Shown: positions 10,529 to 20,660 of the stretch, in pieces
Layout: each line of letters starts with the position of its first letter
Numbering within the stretch: the first letter of the stretch is position 1
Assembly (NCBI GenBank): GCA_050872145.1
Contig: JBNMGG010000006.1
Location: 2,898 to 66,897, forward strand
Reading direction: 5' to 3'
From: Candidatus Enteromonas sp.
GTDB lineage: Bacteria > Bacillota_I > Bacilli_A > RFN20 > CAG-826
DNA length: 64,000 nt
The notes under the pieces: model-generated
The model's input: the letters and a program-made list of their open reading frames with translations, nothing else
Told to the model about the DNA's origin: nothing
The model's database searches: none
Program-made: the position numbers and the translations under genes

Positions 10529-10554
10529 GCGGACAATCCTACCACAAAAAATCC

Positions 10555-13500
10555 CTAAAGGGATTCTTTGCAGATACCGTGCTTCAAAGCGAGTTTGTGG
10601 ATCAAATCCAAGATCTTCTCCAAATCGTCCAGCCAAGTATCGCGTTTGGTCATAATCAACCGGAGCTTTCTATTTAAGAAAGACATCCGGAAAATCTCCA
10701 AATAGCCGCTGAGGGAATTAAACAGCTCATAGCCCATCCCGTCTTTGGAGGAAAAGGCATCGGACAAAAAGACGTCGACCGTATTGGGATTTTCGGAAAC
10801 CGAATCGAATTCCGGGGATTGGAGCATGATATCAATGCGTTTCTTGCGAATCAAAAGGGAGACTTCTTTCGGCAATTTCCCATACACGTCCTTCATCTTT
10901 TTGACGTATTCGCTCAAGTCTTTCTGAGTTTCCACATCGTCCAGCTCTTGATAAAGCTCGATTTTGTCGGCGTCGTTTGCGTATTGCTTGGGAATATAGG
11001 CGTCGATGTCGAAAAGCTTTTTCGGGGTCCTTTCCTTTGGAGGAACGCCTTTCGTTTTCTGTTCCACCGCCTCATTGAGCATCTTCAAATACAAATCCAG
11101 GCCCACCGAATCGATGAACCCAGCTTGCTCTGGGCCCAAAATGTCCCCGGCCCCGCGGATCATAAGGTCGCGTTGGGCGATTTTGTATCCGCTGCCGAGT
11201 TCGGTGAACTCTTGGATCGCTTTAAGGCGCTTTTGGGCGTCTTCGTTCATGTTTTTCTGGGGTTTGTACATCAAATAAGCGTAGGCAATGCGATTCCCGC
11301 GCCCGACGCGACCCTTGATTTGGTAAAGTTGGGCCAAACCAAATCGATCGGCGTCCTCCACGATAATCATGTTTGCGTTGGGCACATCGATTCCGTTTTC
11401 GACGATGGACGTGCACACCAAAACGTTCACGTCCCCATCGTAGAACTTCTCCATCACCGCTTCGGATTCTTCCCGGTCCATCTGCCCGTGCACGACGCCG
11501 ATACGCGCGCCCGGGATGCGCTTTTCCATTTTCGCCGCGACGTTGTAGATGGATTCGACGTTGTTGTGGACATAGAAAACCTGGCCGCCACGGGCGAGCT
11601 CTTTCTCAATCAGCTCATCGGCGACGCTTTGTTTGAATGGAGTGACGTAGGTCTGAATCGGCATTCGGGAGGGAGGAGCCGTGTTAATTTCCGAAATCGG
11701 TCGAATCCCCACCAAAGACATTTGCAGAGTGCGGGGGATCGGAGTGGCGGAAAGAGTGAGGACGTCGACGTCTTTTTTGAGCTCTTTGATTATTTCTTTT
11801 TGCTCCACGCCGAACCTTTGCTCTTCATCGATAATCAAAAGGCCGAGGTCTTTGTAGCAAATCGACTTCGAGAGAAGGCGGTGGGTGCCAATGACGAAAT
11901 CCACTTTCCCTTCCGCGATGTCCTCAATCGTTTTCCGCTGCATATCCGCTGGAACGAGTCGGGAAAGCAAGGCAATTCGCACGCCGAAAGAAGAGAAACG
12001 ACGCTGAGCGACTTCAAAATGCTGCCGAGCCAAAAGGGTGGTTGGAACCAGCATCGCAACCTGTTTTCCCGCATCGATTGCTTTGAAAGCGGCCCGGAAG
12101 GCGATTTCGGTTTTGCCAAAGCCGACGTCCCCGCAGATGAGGCGATCCATGATATCGGGGCTTTCCATGTCGGCTTTGGTATCATCAACGGCCTGCTGCT
12201 GATCGGGGGTCAATTCATAAGGGAACTCCCCTTCGAATTGCTTTTGGAGTTCATCATCCTGAGGGAAGGAGAACCCGCGGAGCTTGGCTCGCGCCCCGTA
12301 AAGAGCAATCAAGCGATCCGCCAGTTCATTGATTCGCTTTTGAATCTTTTCTTTTCGTTTGGTCCATTCCCCGCTGGAAAGGTGGCTGAGTTTAGGGGCC
12401 GCCCCTTCCCTTCCCGCGTATTTCCGCACCAAGCGGAACTGCTCCAAAGGAACATAAAGGAACTCGTTTCCCGCATAGGCAATATGGAGGAAATCGCGGT
12501 GAATCCCCTCCACTTCTATCGTCTTTACACCTAAAAACTGGCCGATTCCGTTGAATTCATGAACAACGAAATCCCCCGGCCTAAGGTCTTCGTAACTCCG
12601 CAAAACCTGCGCGTTTTTGAATCGAGAGGTAAATCTGGTCTTTACCGCTCGATGGCCGAAGAGCTCGTTGGAAGTCAAATAGGCAATCTTCAAAGACGGG
12701 ATTTCGAAGCCTTCGGAAAGAGGGGCCTCCGTAAGGCCGAGATTCCCCTCAGGGAGTTTCAGACCCTTTACGTCTTCGTACTCCAAGCCAGAGTCTTTCA
12801 AAAACGAAATCACGGTCTCCCTTTGGTGGGGATCATTCAAGGAGAGGACGACTTTATCGCCGGTCGAAAGGTAGGTTTGGATCAAAGGAACGATATTGGC
12901 GATGTTCCGAGAAGGCACATTGATGGAATGGACTTGGAACGAATGATCGTCACACCCGTTGGCGAAGGAGGTTCCGTAAACGACCTTTTTCTCCTCCTTC
13001 ACGGCCTGGGAGAAGGTCATGTATTGGCTTAGGTGAGAAATGCACTGCCCTTTTAGGAAGATTTCTTGAAGGTAATCGAACGCCTCGGCGGTCAATTGCT
13101 TAGTCGCGGAGGAGAAAGATTCTTTGTTCGTGATATAGACCAAATCAGGATGGAAGTAATCCAAAACGGAGTTAGCCTGCCCTAGAGCGAAACCGTAGTA
13201 ACGATAAAGATCGCTCCGATAGTCGTGCTCAACGAAGGCGCTTAGCATTAGCTCGGCGTTCGTAGAAAGCGATTCGGCCGCATCAGGAGCAATGAGTTTC
13301 TTGTCCTTTTCCAGGCGTTCTTTGGTTTTCTCTACAAAAGCGGCCAGTTCCTCGTCGCTGAGGAAGAGGTCGGTAGCCGGAAGAATGACGGCTTCTTCCA
13401 AATTCTTCTTCGACTCTTGGGAACGGGTGTTGAAAAGGCGAATCGATTCGATTTCATCGCCAAAAAATTCGATTCGCACCGGGTCGAGATAGGAAACCGA

Positions 13501-14055
13501 ATAAACATCGAGGATATCGCCGCGGGAGGCGAATTGAAGGCTCTTATCGACGTGGGACGCGGCTTGATACCCCATGTCCAACAGCCTCGACTTCAAAGAA
13601 GGAAGATCAAAAGAGTCGCCAACCTTAAAGCGAATCGTTTCCTCCTGAAACCGCACGGGATTCGGCAAATATCGAAGCAAAGCGGAAGGATGGGTGACAA
13701 GGATCTTTTTCTTCCCTTCTTGCAGCTGCCCCAAAGCATAGAGCCGCTGAGAAAGAAGCTCTCGCGAAGAGGATAGGGCCTCGGCGCGGAGGAGCTCATC
13801 ACTGGGGAAAAAGACTACGTCATCTTCGTCCAAAAAATTAAGCAAAAACTCGTAAAGCTTCTGCGCGGAATATTGATTGGGACTGATAAGGGCGTAATTC
13901 CCCGGCTTTTGCTTAAAAATAGAAGCGAAAAGAAGACCGGCCCCCAAAACTTCATCTACGACGAAGGACCCTTTTTTCTTCAGCAAAGGGGCGACGGTTT
14001 CCGAATTGAATATTTCTTGAAGAAGGTCTTTGGAATCCATTTTCCAATCAGCCAT
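10555..14055 (-). CDS. mfd: transcription-repair coupling factor
   Basis: 1166 aa. UvrB-homology N-terminus, SF2 motifs GDVGFGKTE and IIDEEQRFGV, and TRG/C-terminal domains. Confidence 0.97.
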   Translation of the reverse strand: MADWKMDSKDLLQEIFNSETVAPLLKKKGSFVVDEVLGAGLLFASIFKQKPGNYALISPNQYSAQKLYEFLLNFLDEDDVVFFPSDELLRAEALSSSRELLSQRLYALGQLQEGKKKILVTHPSALLRYLPNPVRFQEETIRFKVGDSFDLPSLKSRLLDMGYQAASHVDKSLQFASRGDILDVYSVSYLDPVRIEFFGDEIESIRLFNTRSQESKKNLEEAVILPATDLFLSDEELAAFVEKTKERLEKDKKLIAPDAAESLSTNAELMLSAFVEHDYRSDLYRYYGFALGQANSVLDYFHPDLVYITNKESFSSATKQLTAEAFDYLQEIFLKGQCISHLSQYMTFSQAVKEEKKVVYGTSFANGCDDHSFQVHSINVPSRNIANIVPLIQTYLSTGDKVVLSLNDPHQRETVISFLKDSGLEYEDVKGLKLPEGNLGLTEAPLSEGFEIPSLKIAYLTSNELFGHRAVKTRFTSRFKNAQVLRSYEDLRPGDFVVHEFNGIGQFLGVKTIEVEGIHRDFLHIAYAGNEFLYVPLEQFRLVRKYAGREGAAPKLSHLSSGEWTKRKEKIQKRINELADRLIALYGARAKLRGFSFPQDDELQKQFEGEFPYELTPDQQQAVDDTKADMESPDIMDRLICGDVGFGKTEIAFRAAFKAIDAGKQVAMLVPTTLLARQHFEVAQRRFSSFGVRIALLSRLVPADMQRKTIEDIAEGKVDFVIGTHRLLSKSICYKDLGLLIIDEEQRFGVEQKEIIKELKKDVDVLTLSATPIPRTLQMSLVGIRPISEINTAPPSRMPIQTYVTPFKQSVADELIEKELARGGQVFYVHNNVESIYNVAAKMEKRIPGARIGVVHGQMDREESEAVMEKFYDGDVNVLVCTSIVENGIDVPNANMIIVEDADRFGLAQLYQIKGRVGRGNRIAYAYLMYKPQKNMNEDAQKRLKAIQEFTELGSGYKIAQRDLMIRGAGDILGPEQAGFIDSVGLDLYLKMLNEAVEQKTKGVPPKERTPKKLFDIDAYIPKQYANDADKIELYQELDDVETQKDLSEYVKKMKDVYGKLPKEVSLLIRKKRIDIMLQSPEFDSVSENPNTVDVFLSDAFSSKDGMGYELFNSLSGYLEIFRMSFLNRKLRLIMTKRDTWLDDLEKILDLIHKLALKHGICKESL

Positions 14056-14608
14056 TATAGTGGTTCATGGAGTAGGAGAACCCTTTGAGCAAAGCGTCCC
14101 GAATCGCCTTCGCGGCTTTCGAGATGCCTTCTTCGATGGCTTCTTTCTCTTCCCCGTTTGGCTTGCCAAGCACCCAATCCGCGCCGGAATGGGGCGGCTC
14201 CCCGATGCCGATGCGAATCCGCGGGAAAGAATCGCTATGAAGATAGTTGATGATGGATTGCATCCCCTTATGGGAGCCACTGCTCCCCGCAGGGCGGAGG
14301 CGAAGCTTTCCGGGGGCCAAGGCCATATCGTCATAGACGACCATCAAATCGGCGACGTCGATTTTGAAATAATCCATCAAAGGGCGGACGAATTCTCCGG
14401 ACGCGTTCATGTAGGTCTCGGGTTTTGCAAGGATAAAAGGTTCGGGGAAGGAAGGGTCCTTCACCACGGCGAAGACACCGTGGAATTTTTCGTGATCGAA
14501 ATCAGCCCGGCACATTTCGGCGAATTCGTCCAAAGCGGCGAATCCCATGTTATGACGGGTCCCAACGTATTCTTTTCCGGGGTTTCCTAAGCCGACAATC
14601 AACTTCAT
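14048..14608 (-). CDS. pth: peptidyl-tRNA hydrolase
   Basis: 186 aa. Starts LIVGLGNPGKEYVGTRHNMGF. Conserved position upstream of mfd. Confidence 0.95.
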   Translation of the reverse strand: MKLIVGLGNPGKEYVGTRHNMGFAALDEFAEMCRADFDHEKFHGVFAVVKDPSFPEPFILAKPETYMNASGEFVRPLMDYFKIDVADLMVVYDDMALAPGKLRLRPAGSSGSHKGMQSIINYLHSDSFPRIRIGIGEPPHSGADWVLGKPNGEEKEAIEEGISKAAKAIRDALLKGFSYSMNHYNG

Positions 14609-15144
14609 TTTGTCGCCTCAACGGCAGAAAGACGGTGCAAAACCCCGATGATTTTGTCGATTCCCTGCTGATCGTAGAATTCCAAGGGATGCTTTTTCAG
14701 TTCTTCGATCACGCCAAGCTGCGCGGCCGTATCTGGATCGTTTTTCATGGCCTTCATGGAAGTGTTGATCAACAAGTTATACGGGAAATGAAGTTTGGAG
14801 TAGTCAAAGGATCCGCGGAGCTGGTAGAAGCGAACGTGGTAGATGTCCAAAACGTTGGTGGTAATCAAGTTGTCCCTGGCCTCCGGGGAAACGAATCCCA
14901 TGCCGCAAGAGAAAATCAAAACGTTCTTTTTTTCCATCTCTTCGTAGTGGGACAAAAAGTCGTCGATGCCTTGGATTTTGCTTCCCATAACCCAACCGCC
15001 ATAAACGACGGTGTCATAGGAAGAGATGTTCTTCCATTTAAACTTCTTCAGCGGGAAAACATCCCCGTTGACGCTGGAGGCAATGTCCTCCGCGTACTTT
15101 TTCGTGCTGCCAACGGCAGAGGTGTACAAAACAAGGGTTCGCAT
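14605..15144 (-). CDS. flavodoxin-like domain protein
   Basis: 179 aa. MRTLVLYTSAVGSTKKYAEDI, a flavodoxin-type N-terminus. 4-nt overlap with pth. Confidence 0.55.
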   Translation of the reverse strand: MRTLVLYTSAVGSTKKYAEDIASSVNGDVFPLKKFKWKNISSYDTVVYGGWVMGSKIQGIDDFLSHYEEMEKKNVLIFSCGMGFVSPEARDNLITTNVLDIYHVRFYQLRGSFDYSKLHFPYNLLINTSMKAMKNDPDTAAQLGVIEELKKHPLEFYDQQGIDKIIGVLHRLSAVEATK

Positions 15145-15216
15145 AGCGAAACGATATTAGCATAGCGGGGGAAAAGAGGCATTTCTTTTTCGGGGTTCCC
15201 GGGTTTTAATTTTCCG

Positions 15217-15244
15217 TTGACAAAAACAAAACCTTTTTTACCAT
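15217..15244 (+). promoter_or_regulatory. candidate sigma-70 promoter of the TetR gene
   Basis: TTGACA (15217-15222), 16-nt spacer, TACCAT (15239-15244). AGGGGGA Shine-Dalgarno before the ATG at 15270. Confidence 0.4.
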
Positions 15245-15269
15245 AACGCCACGATAGGGGGAATTTTTT

Positions 15270-15884
15270 ATGCCAAGAACAGCAGCCCAAAACCAAGCGA
15301 TCAAGGGCAAAAGGAAAAAGCGCCTGCTTGAGATCGCTTTGAAGATTTTCGCCTATCAAGGATATGCCAACGTCACCATCGACGACATTACCAAAGCCGG
15401 AAGGTGCTCGCACGGCCTTTTCTACCACTACTTCTCTTCGAAAGAAGACGTTTTTGAGGAAGTCGTGAAATACTTCATGCTGAATCAGACGAACACCCCC
15501 CTCCTCACCGCGGAGGAAATGGGGCAATTCCACGGGGAAGAAGGACTCGCGAAGTTCTTTGAGATCGTGGAAAAGCTCCAAGTTGGCCCTCAGCAAGATC
15601 TCTACACCGCGAAAATATTGCTCGACTTCGAACGCGTCTCCGACCGAAGCGGCATCCGCAAAGAGGCCGTGACCCTTTATGACATCCGCGGGACCTTCGA
15701 ACGTTTGATCAAAGAAGGCCAGGAAGAAGGAAACGTCATCGCGGGGAGCCCCAAAGACATCGCGACTGTTTTCTTTGATTTGCTCATTGGCATCTTCGAA
15801 TGCTGCCTCTCCGGGAACCAAATCCTGAAAAAGACCGTCTCAAAAGATCTTCTTCTTTCGATGACCTTAACGCATTCGCTTTAA
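15270..15884 (+). CDS. TetR/AcrR family transcriptional regulator
   Basis: 204 aa. N-terminal HTH LLEIALKIFAYQGYANVTIDDITKAGRCSHGLFYHYFSSKEDV. Confidence 0.88.
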   Translation: MPRTAAQNQAIKGKRKKRLLEIALKIFAYQGYANVTIDDITKAGRCSHGLFYHYFSSKEDVFEEVVKYFMLNQTNTPLLTAEEMGQFHGEEGLAKFFEIVEKLQVGPQQDLYTAKILLDFERVSDRSGIRKEAVTLYDIRGTFERLIKEGQEEGNVIAGSPKDIATVFFDLLIGIFECCLSGNQILKKTVSKDLLLSMTLTHSL

Positions 15885-15890
15885 GCTCAA

Positions 15891-17450
15891 TCAATCCCTT
15901 TTCGAGAAGTGGTAAAGGTACTTCAGCTCTTTCTTTAAATCCGGATAGAGCTTGGAATAGACGTTTTTGTAAAGGCGATCGTAGGTTTCTTTTGCTTTCG
16001 GGTCGGGAATAAACGTTTTGATCGGATGGACCATCTCTTTTACGGCTTCCTCGGTGTTTTTATAAACGCCCAAGGAGAGGAACCCGGAAATCGCGGCGCC
16101 TAAAGAAGAGGTTTCGTTGGTTTGGACCTTCGTGACCTTCTTGCCCAAAATATCCGCGGCGATTTGGCAGATTTCATCCGATTGGGAGCCACCGCCCGAA
16201 ATGCGGATTTCATCAAATTCGGTATGAAGAAGTTTGGCAAACCGTTCCATGCCAGACCGAAGCTCATAATCGATTCCTTCGATAACGGCTTTATAAACGT
16301 GGAAACGGGTCGTCATGTCCGAGAAGCCGATAATCGTCCCGCGGACTTCGGGCTTCTCGAGTTCCGAACCCCAATAAGGCTGGACCAAAAGCCCATCACA
16401 TCCAGGCGGGACGTCGTTCAGATGTTCGTTGAAGATGGAGGGGGAGAAGTCGTCCGACATCATTTCTTCGATTTGAGTGGCCCCAAACTCTTTCAAGAAC
16501 CAATTCAGCATCCAAAAGCCACGGTATACCTGAAGATCGAGGTTGAAATAATCAGGCAAAACAGAGGGATAGGCAGGGAGGAATGGGAAAGGAGAAACGT
16601 ATTTTTTCGTAACGGTTTCGAAGGTGCACGCGGTGCCAAGAGAAATGGAAGCAAGGCGGTTGCTAATGACCCCAGTCCCCAAGGTTTCGCAAGATTTATC
16701 ACTGCCAGCAGCATAAACGGGGAGGCCCGCAGGAAGGCCCAAAGTTTCAGCGGCTTCCTTCGTCAGGACGCCAATTTGCTCTTGGCTATCCACCAATTCG
16801 CAAAGCTGGTCTTTCCGAACGGAGAAAATCCGTCCCTGGAAATGTTTCATCGGATCCTTATACCAAGATTTCTTCGCGTAATTGATGGGATAGTGGCCGG
16901 TGAAGTCGGACGGGCAGTCTTTTAATTCACCGGTCAAGCGATAAAAGAAATAAGTGGAAACAGAAACGTATTTCGCCGTCTTCGCCCAATTCTCCGGCTC
17001 GTTTTCACGAATCCAGTTCGCGGCAGTCCGGATGCGGTTGAGATGAATCGTTTCGGTTTTGCCAACCAAGGCAAACAGGAATCGGGAGCTAAACGGAAGT
17101 TTCTCTTTGCAAGCGGCGGTTCTTTGGTCAAGCCACAGAATCATTGGTCTTACGACTTTGAAGTCCTTGTCCAGCAAAACGGCGGAATCGCGGAAGCAGG
17201 TCTGAGTGATTCCGGCGACCCTTTTGATCAATTCCGGTTGTTTTGAGGAAAGCCGACGAATGGCGTTTTGCAGACAAGAAAAATAGTAATCTGGATCCTG
17301 TTCCGCCCATCCTGGCTTCGGCGAGACGTAAGCGGGTTCGTACTGCTCTTTTTCATAGGCCAAAAGGTCGCCCTTTTTGTCGAAGAGGCAGGCCCGAACG
17401 GACTGCGTTCCAAAGTCCAGCGTCAAGATTAAAGGAGAAGTGTTTTCCAT
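15891..17450 (-). CDS. FGGY-family carbohydrate kinase
   Basis: Starts LTLDFGTQSVRACLFD, with FGGY N- and C-domain motifs (GGGSQSD). Start set at the internal MENTSPL; the track ORF extends to 17540 from a TTG. Confidence 0.8.
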   Translation of the reverse strand: MENTSPLILTLDFGTQSVRACLFDKKGDLLAYEKEQYEPAYVSPKPGWAEQDPDYYFSCLQNAIRRLSSKQPELIKRVAGITQTCFRDSAVLLDKDFKVVRPMILWLDQRTAACKEKLPFSSRFLFALVGKTETIHLNRIRTAANWIRENEPENWAKTAKYVSVSTYFFYRLTGELKDCPSDFTGHYPINYAKKSWYKDPMKHFQGRIFSVRKDQLCELVDSQEQIGVLTKEAAETLGLPAGLPVYAAGSDKSCETLGTGVISNRLASISLGTACTFETVTKKYVSPFPFLPAYPSVLPDYFNLDLQVYRGFWMLNWFLKEFGATQIEEMMSDDFSPSIFNEHLNDVPPGCDGLLVQPYWGSELEKPEVRGTIIGFSDMTTRFHVYKAVIEGIDYELRSGMERFAKLLHTEFDEIRISGGGSQSDEICQIAADILGKKVTKVQTNETSSLGAAISGFLSLGVYKNTEEAVKEMVHPIKTFIPDPKAKETYDRLYKNVYSKLYPDLKKELKYLYHFSKRD

Positions 17451-17666
17451 AACGATTTCCGCATAATCATACACCCCAAACCCAAGCCTTGCATTTTTCG
17501 GTTGCAATCGGTGGGTTATTTTACGTGTTATTTTTGTCAATAGACGAATACGTATATCTTTTTTTGCAATTTTAGGCCATTTTCTGGCATCCTCGGATGG
17601 AAAGCCTAAGAAACGCCGAAAAATCCACGTTCTTTTCTACGAAAAGGGGTGCTGAAGCCGCTTTTG

Positions 17667-17695
17667 TTGCCTTACCTGCCTCCCGACTTTAAAAT
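17667..17695 (+). promoter_or_regulatory. candidate sigma-70 promoter of the heptose operon
   Basis: TTGCCT (17667-17672), 17-nt spacer, TAAAAT (17690-17695), 22 nt upstream of the ATG at 17718. Confidence 0.45.
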
Positions 17696-17717
17696 AGTCC
17701 CGTTATTTAAAGCAATT

Positions 17718-18698
17718 ATGATCATTTCAAGAGCACCATTCCGCGTTTCCTTCTGCGGAGGCGGAAGCGACATCCCTTCCTTCTACGAAAAGTACACTGG
17801 ATGTGTCATTTCCACCACCATTCGCAAATACGTTTACCTCACGATTAATAAAGCCTTCAACAAAGACTCCATCACGCTGAAATATTCCCAAACGGAAGTC
17901 GTGAACGACTCCAGTCAGATTCAGCATCGGATATTCCGCCAAGTCCTGAGCGACTTCGAAACCAAGGGCGTTGAGATTACTTCTATGGCGGATATTCCAG
18001 CCGGAACAGGGCTTGGCTCATCCAGTTCTTTCACCGTTGCGTTGCTGAAAGCTCTTTACGGTTATAACAACCATTTCGTCTCCGCCTACAAAGTGGCGAA
18101 GGAAGCCTGCGACGTCGAAATCAATCAGCTTGGAAACCCCATCGGGAAGCAAGACCAATTCGCAGCAGCGTTCGGCGGACTCCGCTATTACGAGTTCGAG
18201 CCGGATGGTTTTGTGAAAGTTGAACCCATCCTGATGAGCAAAGCCTCGCGGAAGCACTTGGAGAATTCCATGATGCTTTTCTATACTGGAGCGCTTCATG
18301 ACGCGAACAAAATTCTAGGCGAAGAAACCAAGAACCTGGCTTCCGCTAACGAGAAAATCAATGCGACGATCGAGCTTTGTAGAATGACCAAAGAGTTGAA
18401 GACAAGCCTAGAGAACAACGACGTAGACGCCATCGGGCCTTGTCTGAAACAAGGATGGGAGATCAAAAAGAGCCTAGCCTCCGGAATCTCCAGCCCGCTC
18501 ATCGACGATGGGTACGAGCGCGGTATTAAGGCCGGAGCCAGTGGCGGGAAACTTCTCGGAGCAGGCGGAGGCGGTTTCCTCCTGTTCTACGTTCCGGATG
18601 AAGCGAAGAGGAAAAATGTCAGAGCCGCTTTGAGCGATTTGAAGGAGATGCCGTTTGAGCTCGATCAATCGGGCGCGAGCATTGTTTACACAGAATGA
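17718..18698 (+). CDS. hddA: D-glycero-alpha-D-manno-heptose-7-phosphate kinase (GHMP family)
   Basis: MIISRAPFRVSFCGGGSDIPSFY is the start typical of HddA-type kinases. GHMP motif PAGTGLGSSSSFTVALL. Start moved to the internal Met of track ORF 17649..18698. Confidence 0.75.
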   Translation: MIISRAPFRVSFCGGGSDIPSFYEKYTGCVISTTIRKYVYLTINKAFNKDSITLKYSQTEVVNDSSQIQHRIFRQVLSDFETKGVEITSMADIPAGTGLGSSSSFTVALLKALYGYNNHFVSAYKVAKEACDVEINQLGNPIGKQDQFAAAFGGLRYYEFEPDGFVKVEPILMSKASRKHLENSMMLFYTGALHDANKILGEETKNLASANEKINATIELCRMTKELKTSLENNDVDAIGPCLKQGWEIKKSLASGISSPLIDDGYERGIKAGASGGKLLGAGGGGFLLFYVPDEAKRKNVRAALSDLKEMPFELDQSGASIVYTE

Positions 18699-20002
18699 TT
18701 GCAGTGATTCAAGCCGGCGGGGCCGGGACGCGTTTGAAGTCCATCACAGGCGATTTGCCAAAGCCTATGGTTGACATTTTTGGCAAGCCAATTCTTCAGT
18801 GGCAAATCGAGTCGATGATGCGTTCCGGGATCAAAGAATTCTATTTCGTTGTTTCCGCTTCTTCCACCGCCGTCCAAGACTTCTTTGGAAGCGGAGAAAA
18901 ATTTGGTTGCTCCATCCATTATATCGTTGAGAAAATGCCCCTCGGATCAGGAGGCGCTTTGGCGTACTTGGCCAGAAAAATAAGGAGCGACTTCGTCCTT
19001 TGCTTTGGCGATTTGATGCTCGACATCGATTGGAAGAGGTTCATGGCTTTCCACAAAGAGAAGGGAGCCATCATCACCGCTTTCGCGCATCCCAATTCCC
19101 ATCCGTACGACTCGGACGTCTTACTAACGGGGCAGGAAGACAAAATTCTCGCGGTTCTATCCAAAAACCAAAAACGGGATTTCTTCTATGAGAACCTCAC
19201 TAACGCGGGACTCTATTGTGTTTCGCCCGTCTTGCTGGATACCTTCGACGAAGACGAGCCCTGCAAAATGGACTTTGAAAAAGACCTTCTTTTCCCGACC
19301 GTCGCCTGTGGAGGCGCTTTCGCTTATCGGAGTTCTGAATACGTCAAAGACGCTGGAACCCCCGATCGATATGAGCAAGTTACAAAAGACTGCAAAAACG
19401 GCATTATTTCAAAAAAATGCCTGAAAAATCCGCAAAAAGCCATCTTCTTGGATCGGGATGGAACCATAAATGTATTTGGCGATTATGTCACTGAACCCGC
19501 AAAACTAAAACTGATTCCAGGCGCCGCGAAGGCAATTGGGCGCATCAACGCTTCGCCGTATTTGGCCGTTTGCATTACCAACCAGCCTGTTGTCGCCCGG
19601 GGCGAAACGACCTTCGAACAGCTGCACGAGATCCATAACAAATTGGAAGACCTGCTCGGAAACGAAGGTTCCTATTTAGATGGCATTTACTTCTGCCCCC
19701 ACCACCCCGATAAAGGGTTCCCCGGCGAGGTTCCCGAACTAAAGATCGACTGCTCTTGCCGCAAACCGAAAATTGGAATGCTGCTAAAGGCAAAAGAAAG
19801 ATTCAACATCGATTTCTCGTCTTCTTGGTTCATCGGCGACACCTGCCAGGACGTCCAAACCGGGATCAACGCTGGCTGCAGAACCGTCCTTTTAACGGGC
19901 GGGGATCCGCACCCCTACGCGAAGTATCCAGACGCCAAGCCAAACTACATTTGCAAGACGCTAGACGAGGCCGTCGATTACATCATGAAATTGGAGGCAT
20001 AA
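18695..20002 (+). CDS. bifunctional heptose-1-phosphate nucleotidyltransferase (HddC-like) / heptose-1,7-bisphosphate phosphatase (GmhB-like)
   Basis: 435 aa. N-terminal NTP-transferase GGAGTRLKSITGDLPKPMV. C-terminal HAD-IIIA motifs FLDRDGTIN and CPHHPD...CSCRKP...GD. ATGA overlap with hddA. Confidence 0.75.
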   Translation: MIAVIQAGGAGTRLKSITGDLPKPMVDIFGKPILQWQIESMMRSGIKEFYFVVSASSTAVQDFFGSGEKFGCSIHYIVEKMPLGSGGALAYLARKIRSDFVLCFGDLMLDIDWKRFMAFHKEKGAIITAFAHPNSHPYDSDVLLTGQEDKILAVLSKNQKRDFFYENLTNAGLYCVSPVLLDTFDEDEPCKMDFEKDLLFPTVACGGAFAYRSSEYVKDAGTPDRYEQVTKDCKNGIISKKCLKNPQKAIFLDRDGTINVFGDYVTEPAKLKLIPGAAKAIGRINASPYLAVCITNQPVVARGETTFEQLHEIHNKLEDLLGNEGSYLDGIYFCPHHPDKGFPGEVPELKIDCSCRKPKIGMLLKAKERFNIDFSSSWFIGDTCQDVQTGINAGCRTVLLTGGDPHPYAKYPDAKPNYICKTLDEAVDYIMKLEA

Positions 20003-20004
20003 AC

Positions 20005-20610
20005 ATGGATTTTAAGTCACAGATTTCCGCATATATATCTTTGGAAGAAAAAGTTTTAAAATCGCTTAACGTTGACGAAATCAACGATGCGATGAACGCC
20101 CTTTTGGAATGCTATAACAGAGGTGGCACGGTATACACTTTTGGCAACGGGGGATCCGCCTCAACCGCGAGTCACATGGTATGCGATTTTGGCAAAGGGA
20201 CATGCTATGACTTGGAGAAAAAATTCCATTTCATTTGCCTGAGCGACAACACCCCCACCATCACGGCGATTGCAAACGACGACTCCTACGACAACATTTT
20301 TGTCTATCAGTTGAAAGACCGTCTCACCCCAAACGACCTTGTCTTGGCAATTTCAGGTTCTGGAAACAGCCACAACATCATTAAAGCAGTCGAATACGCG
20401 AAAGAAGTTGGCGCGAAAGTCATCGGAATGACCGGATACAACGGCGGAAAGCTGATGGGGTTATCCGACTATCACCTCCACGCAGCCATCGACGACATGC
20501 AGATCACCGAGGACATTCACATCGTCATGAATCACATGATGATGAAAATCTTCTGGCGTTATCTCTCGGAGATCAACGGCAAGGAAGCCGTCTACAAAAT
20601 CAATCAATAA
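20005..20610 (+). CDS. gmhA: sedoheptulose-7-phosphate isomerase (SIS domain)
   Basis: MDFKSQ...GGTVYTFGNGGSASTASHMVCDF. GGAGG Shine-Dalgarno 8 nt upstream. The first 83 codons of track ORF 19756..20610 overlap the previous gene and are discarded. Confidence 0.8.
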   Translation: MDFKSQISAYISLEEKVLKSLNVDEINDAMNALLECYNRGGTVYTFGNGGSASTASHMVCDFGKGTCYDLEKKFHFICLSDNTPTITAIANDDSYDNIFVYQLKDRLTPNDLVLAISGSGNSHNIIKAVEYAKEVGAKVIGMTGYNGGKLMGLSDYHLHAAIDDMQITEDIHIVMNHMMMKIFWRYLSEINGKEAVYKINQ

Positions 20611-20632
20611 GGTTATCTTTCTCGTCTTAAAA

Positions 20633-20660
20633 CGGGTCCATTTATGGACCTGTTTTTTTG
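20633..20660 (+). terminator. Rho-independent terminator of the heptose operon
   Basis: CGGGTCCA-ttta-TGGACCTG followed by TTTTTTT. Confidence 0.75.
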
